The translations under genes were made by a program, and so were the position numbers. A stretch of 64,000 nucleotides of DNA from Verrucomicrobiota bacterium (GTDB lineage: Bacteria > Verrucomicrobiota > Verrucomicrobiia > Palsa-1439), in the NCBI GenBank assembly GCA_037127585.1, contig JBAXYB010000002.1, forward strand, positions 3,701 through 67,700, written 5' to 3'. The notes under the pieces are model-generated. The model was given only the letters and a program-made list of their open reading frames with translations. It was not told where the DNA came from and did no database searches. Shown here piece after piece: positions 59,599 through 64,000 of this stretch; the stretch's first letter is position 1, and every line of letters begins with the position of its first letter.

Positions 59599-60223
59599 GG
59601 TCGCTCAAACGTTGCTGCAATTCCCCGAGGTGCTCACAAATCCAGTCCGGCTGCGTCGCCTGAAGTGTCTCGCAATGATTGTACCCCGTCAAGACCGCGC
59701 ACGTGTGGACGCCGCCCGCCTTACCGGCGGCGATGTCGTGCTCCATGTCGCCCACGAAAACCGCTTCACCCGGCACGATCTGATTCTCCGCGAGGATCTG
59801 ATGAATCGCCTGCGTCTTATCCTCGATGCCGATGTACGCCTTCGTGACGTACCGGTCGACGCCGAACCGCCGGGCTTGCTGGTCATACGTGTGTTGGTCC
59901 ACCGTGCTGGCGATGAACACGCCAAGCTGCTGTTGCCGGCAAAACTCCAAAAACCCGAGCGTGTGCGGCAGCAATGTGATGGTGCCGAGCAGTTGGTGAT
60001 ACTCCGCGAGAAAGACTTCTTCCAGTTTCGCCTGCGGCACCTGCGGGATCCGGCGCTCGTAAAAACGGCGGACCGGCAAACAAAAATCCCGGCGAAACTC
60101 ATCCAGCGTCAACGCCGGCAACCCGAACATTTGAAAAACGTGATTAGTCGTTGCGAACACCGGCGGCAAGTCGTCCACCAGCGTGCCGGACCAGTCGAGG
60201 ATGACGTGCCGGATGTGCATCAA
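59591..60223 (-). CDS. HAD-superfamily hydrolase (phosphoglycolate phosphatase-like)
   Basis: 210 aa. Motif I ILDWSGTL, motif III/IV VFVGDMEHD. Confidence 0.75.
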   Translation of the reverse strand: MMHIRHVILDWSGTLVDDLPPVFATTNHVFQMFGLPALTLDEFRRDFCLPVRRFYERRIPQVPQAKLEEVFLAEYHQLLGTITLLPHTLGFLEFCRQQQLGVFIASTVDQHTYDQQARRFGVDRYVTKAYIGIEDKTQAIHQILAENQIVPGEAVFVGDMEHDIAAGKAGGVHTCAVLTGYNHCETLQATQPDWICEHLGELQQRLSDHG

Positions 60224-60558
60224 GCTTTTTCACGGGCGCGCGGCGACCGCCGGTTGCGGTTGGCGAGTTCGTTGGTCTTGCGTTTGCGCAATTGCCGCTC
60301 AATTTTCTCCGCCACGATGTCCAGCGCCAGCCGCGGCTCCGGCCCGATTTGTTCCGCGCTCAAGTCCCGCCCCGGTAACTCGATCAAGACCCGCACGACA
60401 TATTGGGCCTGATTCGCATGTGCGCTGGATTTCCGAAACCGGACCCGGGCCCGGATGGCGCGCGGCGCGTACTGTTCGACGCGCCCGATTTTTTCCTCGA
60501 CTGCCTCGCGCAAAGCTTCCGTCAAAACAACGCCGTCGGTGTGAATGAGAATATCCAT
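60220..60558 (-). CDS. hpf: ribosome hibernation promoting factor (short HPF/RaiA)
   Basis: 112 aa. S30AE-family pattern (MDILIHTDGVVLTEALREAVEEKI ... AEQIGPEPRLALDIVAEKIERQLRK). Confidence 0.8.
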   Translation of the reverse strand: MDILIHTDGVVLTEALREAVEEKIGRVEQYAPRAIRARVRFRKSSAHANQAQYVVRVLIELPGRDLSAEQIGPEPRLALDIVAEKIERQLRKRKTNELANRNRRSPRAREKA

Positions 60559-60621
60559 ATGCCGGCATGCTAACAGCCGGCGCGCCGAGACTCAAGCGGG
60601 CAAACAGTCCACGGTTTGCCC

Positions 60622-61759
<1,138 letters not shown>

Positions 61760-61763
<4 letters not shown>

Positions 61764-63037
61764 GCGATGCGGTCGGTGATCAATTGTGGGCGGCCGGCGA
61801 CGGGTTCGTCTTTGAGCTGATAGGCGTGTTGGACGAGGTGCTCGGCGGCAGCGATATGGGCGGGATTGTTGTAGTGCATGAACAGGAGTGGTTCGCCGGC
61901 TTCGACGCGATCGCCGATCTTTTTCGGGTGTTCGAAGCCGACGGCGAAATCGATTTTGTCGGCGGCGATTTTCCGGCCGCCGCCAAGAGCGATGACGGCG
62001 TAGCCGATTTGCGAGCAGTGGATGCCGTGAACGTAGCCGGCCTGCGGGGCGACGATGGGTTTTTGGTGCTGCGCGACCGGCAGGTGGCTTGCGTCACCGC
62101 CTTGAGCGCGGATCATTTCGTGAAACTTCGCGAGGCCGGCTCCGCTGGCGAGGTGTTCTTCGAGATCGTTCGGCTGACCGGCCAACTTGAGCATCTCCGC
62201 CGCGAGCGCGAGCGAGACTTCGACGAGATCATGTGGCCGAGTCTTGCCGGCGAGGATGTCGAGGCATTCCTGGATTTCGAGGGCGTTCCCGATTTTGTCG
62301 CCGAGCGGTTGGTTCATGTCGGTCTGGAGGGCGACGACTTTTTTGCCGTAACGCTTGCCGACTTCGACCATCGCGCGGCCGAGTTCAAGCGAGGATTCCC
62401 GGGTTCGCATGAACGCGCCGGTGCCCCATTTTACGTCGAGCACGAGGCCATCGACATTTTCGGCGAGCTTCTTGGACATGATGCTGGCCACGATAAGCGG
62501 TAGACAGGAGACGGTCGCGGTCACATCGCGAAGCGCGTAGAGTTTTTTGTCGGCGGGCGCGATTTCGGGCGTCGCGCCAATCAGGCAACAGCCGACTTGG
62601 TCGGTGATGCGCTGGAATTCTTCGAGGGCGAGGCCGGTCCTAAAGCCGGGAATGCTTTCCAACTTGTCGAGTGTCCCGCCGGTCGGGCCGAGGCCGCGGC
62701 CGGAGATCATCGGCACGCGCATGCCGCAGCAGGCGATGAGGGGCGCGATGAGCAGGGAAGTTTTGTCGCCGATGCCGCCGGTACTGTGTTTGTCGGCGAG
62801 GAAGTTGCCGGGTTTCCAGTCGACGACCTGGCCGGATTCGACCATGGCGCGGGTGAGCCACATGGTTTCGTCGAAGTTCATGCCTTGGAAGCAAACGGCC
62901 ATCGCGAGCGCGGCCATCTGGTAGTCCGGCAAGTCGCCGCGGGTGAAGCCGTCGATGAAGAAACGGATCTCAGCTTCGGTCAGTGGTTGACCGTCGCGCT
63001 TCTTCTGGATGACTTGCGCTGGAAGCATCAGTCCCAT
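61760..63037 (-). CDS. deoA: thymidine / pyrimidine-nucleoside phosphorylase
   Basis: 425 aa. DKHSTGGIGDKTSL phosphate-binding signature. Confidence 0.9.
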
Positions 63038-63138
63038 CGTATCACTTGCAGGCGATTTGGGAAGTCAACTGTCGTTAGCAAAGGACTGGAGTTACCGGGC
63101 TCGGCTGCCTATGATGCGAACACTTTGGAGGAATGAGT

Positions 63139-64000
63139 ATGATGAAATCTTTGGCTATCGTGGGTGTGGCGGGGGCGTTGTTCGCTCAAGCCAGTCGCGC
63201 GGAAATTTCCGTCACCGAACCTAACCCGCCGCCGCCACGGTCGAGCGGGACGATGACCACGGCGGATGCTCCGACTACTATACCAGTCGCCGTCGTCGTG
63301 GATGGGGATGTGTTGAAATTTCGCAATGGCGATAATCTCCACGGCACCGTGCTCGGGGCGACGCCAACTGGCGGGATGCGGTGGCGGCGCAGCGATGTGA
63401 AGGAGCCGGTGGTTTTCAATTTGGAGAATGTCGGGGACGTGCTGTTGGCGCCGCGGGTCAAAGCGAGCGTGGGACACCGGGTGATTGCGGAGTTGACCAA
63501 TGGCGATGCGTTGGCCGGTGATTTGGTGGGGCTCGTTGAGAAGACGCTGACGTTGAAGACGTGGTATGCGGGGACGTTGGCGATCAAGCGGTCGATGTTG
63601 CAGCGGGTGGCGTTTGTCGGTGAGCTGACGGATGCGACGTATAGCGGGCCGAACAGTCTGGAGGAGTGGAAGGGCGACGGAAACCGCGGGGCGTGGACGT
63701 TCAAGAAGGGCGCGTTGTACGGAGTCGGCGGGGGTGGCATTGGCCGGGATGTGAAGTTGCCGGAGGTCGCGAATATTGAGTTTGATCTGGCGTGGCGCGG
63801 GCAGCTGTACTGCAACGTCGGGTTTGGTTTTGACGACGTGCGGCAGATGCACCAAGCGGGCGGGTATATGGTGCAGATGAGTTACACCCAGATTTATCTG
63901 CAACGGTACCGCCCCAACCAAGGCAGTGGCAATCTCGGCGGGAATGTCGAGATGCAGGAACTCCAGCGGAAGACGAAGATGCACGTCTCGATCCGCATCA
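63139..64000 (+). CDS. secreted hypothetical protein, 3' end beyond the window
   Basis: GGAGG 7 nt upstream of ATG 63139. Signal peptide MMKSLAIVGVAGALFAQASRA. Open frame to the window end (not in the ORF track because it has no stop). Confidence 0.5.
   Translation, partial: MMKSLAIVGVAGALFAQASRAEISVTEPNPPPPRSSGTMTTADAPTTIPVAVVVDGDVLKFRNGDNLHGTVLGATPTGGMRWRRSDVKEPVVFNLENVGDVLLAPRVKASVGHRVIAELTNGDALAGDLVGLVEKTLTLKTWYAGTLAIKRSMLQRVAFVGELTDATYSGPNSLEEWKGDGNRGAWTFKKGALYGVGGGGIGRDVKLPEVANIEFDLAWRGQLYCNVGFGFDDVRQMHQAGGYMVQMSYTQIYLQRYRPNQGSGNLGGNVEMQELQRKTKMHVSIRI

Overview
This 64 kb window is a densely coded, high-GC (by eye about 63-66 %) chromosomal segment from a Gram-negative bacterium, with genes on both strands and many 4-nt start/stop overlaps. 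The gene content (many sulfatase/Gfo-Idh-MocA genes, Verrucomicrobia-like ATP synthase and envelope genes) suggests an Opitutae/Verrucomicrobia-type organism; this taxonomic guess cannot be verified here. Housekeeping content: the 3' end of a leuC-like aconitase-family gene, sixA, arfB, greA-like, rdgC, a complete F1Fo ATP synthase operon (atpZ/I-B-E-F-H-A-G-D-C plus a trailing cytidylate-kinase-like gene), PduO-type cobalamin adenosyltransferase, purD, class II (B12-dependent) ribonucleotide reductase nrdJ, der, rsmB, an ECF sigma / anti-sigma envelope-stress operon, an HlyD/ABC-2 exporter, a sigma-54 activator, a B12-binding radical SAM gene cluster, parA, tRNA-Arg(CCG), rph, trxA, leuD, folB, hpf and a cdd-punA-deoA nucleoside catabolic cluster. 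Most unusual items: (1) a single 724-aa ORF fusing a low-molecular-weight protein tyrosine phosphatase, ribose-5-phosphate isomerase B and serine hydroxymethyltransferase; (2) two families of REP/MITE-like palindromic elements, one of which is inserted in frame inside the radical SAM CDS and another that supplies the C-terminus of a membrane-protein ORF; (3) a six-gene minus-strand operon combining a PAPS-type sulfotransferase, a sulfatase-family protein whose formylglycine motif C-x-P-S-R is replaced by T-T-P-G-Y, three Gfo/Idh/MocA dehydrogenases and a xylose-isomerase-like TIM barrel, with a divergent AraC regulator; (4) a 1-kb low-GC islet next to tRNA-Arg bounded by a degenerate direct repeat of the tRNA 3' end and carrying a BRCT-domain gene; (5) a rhomboid-like / membrane / B12-rSAM / DUF2157-like / GDYXXLXY-like membrane gene cluster; (6) a gene-decay region with a polysaccharide-deacetylase-like pseudogene containing an in-frame TAA. 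CDS coordinates follow the supplied ORF track (starts re-picked where an internal Met fits homology and neighbour-gene overlap). Coordinates of non-coding features were located by hand and may be off by 1-2 nt.
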